A stretch of 57,229 nucleotides of DNA from a virus. Each line of letters starts with the position of its first letter. Within the stretch, counting starts at the first letter, position 1. Under the pieces are notes generated by a model. That model was given only the letters and a program-made list of their open reading frames with translations. It searched no databases and was not told where the DNA came from. The stretch lies in the IMG/VR virus record IMGVR_UViG_3300031933_000210; one strand, 5' to 3'. A program made the translations under genes and the position numbers. Below are positions 56,857 through 57,229 of this stretch, piece by piece.

Positions 56857-56884
56857 TTTTCGCACACTTCTACGAGGAATTGAG

Positions 56885-57229
56885 ATGGACGACATCCGAA
56901 ACCGGATCAACGCGCAAGCCGGCCGCCGCCACGAACTGTCCCGGGCGATTCTGGGAATCGACTGGTACGACACCGAGAGCCAGGCCCGCAGCGTGATCGA
57001 GCATATCGCTGAGCGGGAATTCACCAAGACCGCGGTTGTGGAGATGGGACCGAGCGCCTATGAGCGCCTGACTGCCGAGCCAGCCCCGGCGCAGGATGAG
57101 CAAAGTCCCGAGCAGATGCTCTCCTGGGAGCAGATCGAGAACATCGTCCGCCGTGTGTATAGGGAATGCTGCCTCTTGCCTGGCGCCACCTACCAGCACG
57201 CCGCAGAGGCGGCGGTGATGTACACACTG
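56885..57229 (+). CDS. hypothetical protein, N-terminal part of the junction-spanning CDS (continues at 56..649 of the unit genome)
   Basis: GAGGA Shine-Dalgarno sequence 7 nt upstream of the ATG at 56885. No stop before the window end. In frame with ORF 2..649. Confidence 0.6.
   Translation, partial: MDDIRNRINAQAGRRHELSRAILGIDWYDTESQARSVIEHIAEREFTKTAVVEMGPSAYERLTAEPAPAQDEQSPEQMLSWEQIENIVRRVYRECCLLPGATYQHAAEAAVMYTL
57175..57229. repeat. 55-bp terminal overlap, identical to 1..55
   Basis: Exact match, read directly from the sequence. Confidence 0.95.

Noticed and set aside
56563-56883. Plus-strand ORF of 106 aa directly after the second HNH gene
   Set aside because: Its translation is Arg/Pro/His-rich and not protein-like. 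The opposite-strand ORF (56575..56826, MHHENLPPF...) reads as a natural helical protein with a plausible Shine-Dalgarno sequence, so the plus-strand ORF is treated as its shadow.

Overview
The window is one complete, circularly closed phage genome. Bases 57175-57229 repeat bases 1-55 exactly, so the unit length is 57,174 bp. It is a high-GC, temperate, siphovirus-type phage. Its protein flavour looks Pseudomonas-like, but that is inference only because no search was run.

Minus-strand genes (1.2-40.3 kb):
- Tyrosine integrase, with a candidate attP next to it.
- A low-GC moron.
- Two holin-like membrane proteins.
- A long tail module: fibre and propeller proteins, a 1657-aa tape measure, a chaperone pair and a tail tube.
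- A lambda-like head module: gpE-like capsid, gpD-like decoration protein, S49 protease, portal, gpW, TerL and TerS.
- A C5 DNA methyltransferase, a GH108 endolysin and an XRE/CI-like repressor.
- A replication module: SNF2 helicase, VRR-NUC nuclease, family-B DNA polymerase, HNH-AP2 endonuclease, gp2.5-like SSB and a Cas4-like exonuclease.

Plus-strand genes (40.4 kb, across the junction, to 3.8 kb):
- A Cro-like regulator and a primase/SF3 helicase, followed by an iteron-rich origin.
- HU, then a block of small accessory genes.
- RdgC, an Arc-like protein, DUF3310, MazG, a LytTR-like protein and a second HNH-AP2 endonuclease.
- A CDS that wraps across the junction.
- Overlapped spanins and two morons sit in the opposite orientation inside this arm.

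Most notable observations:
1. A 316-324-codon +1-frame ORF lies inside the methyltransferase gene. It has its own Shine-Dalgarno sequence, repeated WxTP motifs and its own copy of the acidic ELDxLI tail that also ends the methyltransferase.
2. A TTCAACC motif family occurs at 24 intergenic loci in two architectures. One is a palindrome; the other is a 19-bp-phased direct repeat fused to start codons.
3. At least nine proteins share a C-terminal acidic D-[DE]-[LM]-I tail.
4. A LexA-type SOS box sits in front of a small divergent gene, while the CI-like repressor has no recognisable autocleavage domain.
5. Two long non-coding, repeat-rich regions lie at 46.9-47.5 kb and 51.8-52.4 kb.

All functional calls come from motifs I recognise by eye. 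No database search was run.
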